The position numbers and the translations under genes were made by a program. From Chiloscyllium plagiosum (Eukaryota): a DNA stretch of 50,000 nucleotides. The first letter of the stretch is position 1; each line of letters begins with the position of its first letter. The notes under the pieces are model-generated. The model did not search any database. It saw nothing but the letters and a program-made list of their open reading frames with translations, and was not told where the DNA came from. Of this stretch, positions 48,684 through 50,000 are shown in pieces. The DNA is taken from assembly GCF_004010195.1 (NCBI RefSeq), contig NW_025214720.1, positions 1 through 50,000 on the forward strand. Direction: 5' to 3'.

Positions 48684-48994
48684 GGGCGGCACGGTGGCAC
48701 AGTGGTTAGCACTGTTGCATCACAGCACCAGAGACCCGGGTTCAATTCCCGCCTCAGGCGACTGACTGTGTGGAGTTTGAACGTTCTCCCCATGTTTGCG
48801 TGGGTTTCCGGGTGCTCCGGTTTCCTCCCACAGTCCAAAGATGTGCAGGTCAGGTGAATTGGCCATGCTAAATTGCCCGTAGTGTTAGGTATAGGGGTAA
48901 ATGTAGGGGTATGGGTGGGTTGCGCTTCGGCGGGTCGGTGTGGACTTGTTGGGCCGAAGGGCCTGTTTCCACACTGTAATCTAATCTAATCTAA
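48684..48994 (+). mobile_element. HE1-type SINE, young full-length copy
   Basis: GGGCGGCACGGTGGCACAGTGG start, retained CpGs, (TAATC)3 tail. Confidence 0.93.
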
Positions 48995-49047
48995 CTTTTT
49001 CATGAAGTGAAAGTGATATTACTTGTTATACCTTTTCCTTTGCACAG

Positions 49048-49122
49048 AGCTCCAGTTCTGGTGGCATTGGCACTAATTGAATGTGGAATGAAGTATGAAG
49101 ATGCTGTTCAGTTCATTCGACA
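49048..49122 (+). CDS. PTP4A1: PTP4A1 coding exon 4, aa 110-135; gene continues beyond the window
   Basis: CCTTTTCCTTTGCACAG acceptor; (R)[24 protein letters not shown](Q); CA|GTAAGT donor; 75 nt, phase 2/2. Confidence 0.95.
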
Positions 49123-49229
49123 GTAAGTAAAGTTTGTTGTGTATTTGTCATTCACTTCTGCCACATTCTGTGCAAATACAGATATGAGTGATATTTACTT
49201 GAACTCCAGCATGTTTTTATTCATTCATG

Positions 49230-49670
49230 GGATATTGGCATTACTGATGAGCCAACATTTATTGTCCATCTCTAGTTTTCCCCAATGCTGGTGGTGTGCT
49301 GTCCCTTTGTATTGACCCACAATGCTGTTAAGAGGATGTTCCAGAACTTTGACCCAAAGTTTGAAGGAGCAACAATTTATTTCCTTGTCAGCATAAGTGG
49401 TTGCTTGGATGGCAACTTGCAGCTGGTGGTGTTCCCTGCATCTCCTGCTTTCCATTTCTAGTTCTGGGTTTAGAAGGTGCTGTCTAAGGAGTCTTGGTGA
49501 ATTTCTTCTGTGCATCTTTTTGGAGGTCAACAGTGCTGCTACGTAGTGGTGGTGGAGGGAGTGAATGTTTGTGGATGTGGTATCAAACCAGTGGGCTGCT
49601 TTGTTCAGGATGTTGTCAAGCTGGTGTTGTCGGAGCTGCCCACATCCAGGCAAGTGGATTATCCACATTG
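49230..49670 (-). mobile_element. Old LINE 3' fragment
   Basis: LDNILNKAAHWFDTTSTNIHSLHHH..VAA..KMHRRNSPRLLRQHLLNP; same family as 39990-41200. Confidence 0.7.
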
Positions 49671-50000
49671 TCCCTGATGAATTGATTTTTTTAACCTCAT
49701 TTTAGTTTAATGTTCAAATGAGATAATTGCCTGAATTCATCTTGAGTTGTCTGTGAAACAGTCAGTCACATTGAGTAAGAAATTACAGTTCTATCAGACA
49801 TTTGGTCTCCTGTCTAACCAGTATCTCAGATTCTGTATACTTGAAGTTGTGCATATGTCCCTCAACTAACAACCTCTCTTCTTATTGGCAAGCCTCTCTA
49901 TCTGGAAATAGAATTTTTGTGCTGCTTAGTCTTTTTGTATATCTTTGAAAATAAAATACTTTGTTAGCAAGTTGCGAGCTGGGACCAAAGATATATCCAT

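Noticed and set aside
48684..48760. tRNA gene
   Set aside because: The A/B boxes belong to the HE1 SINE head and continue into the SINE body; no proper cloverleaf.
1..50000. CRISPR arrays, operons or prokaryotic defence systems
   Set aside because: Eukaryotic intron-exon DNA; no regularly spaced repeat-spacer structure or gene-dense region seen.

Overview
Vertebrate genomic DNA, almost certainly from a cartilaginous fish (shark). The evidence is abundant HE1-type SINEs, HER1/CR1 LINEs, DeuSINE-like relics and Penelope-like fragments. The only well-supported host protein gene is PTP4A1 (PRL-1 phosphatase) on the + strand. It has a TATA/CRE/CCAAT CpG-island promoter at ~32.6-32.75 kb, a first exon ending at 32990 and a 10.6-kb first intron. 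Four coding exons (43944-44048, 45098-45190, 46727-46857, 49048-49122) encode aa 1-135; the last exon with the CAAX end lies beyond the window. The most notable feature is invisible to the ORF track: a spliced 37-codon upstream ORF, MSKHIP|QFCGVLGRTFMEFLKGSGDYCQAQHDIYADK*. It starts in exon 1 and ends in exon 2. Tandem or alternative splice sites, further uAUGs and a possible second upstream promoter at ~20 kb could remodel it. The rest of the window is a nested transposon landscape: CR1, L2 and Rex LINE fragments, HE1 SINEs, Penelope-like pieces carrying minimal hammerhead ribozymes and forming long palindromes, a decayed intron-containing Harbinger Myb/SANT gene, a MITE and a short tRNA-derived element. 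TE boundaries are approximate by-eye estimates.
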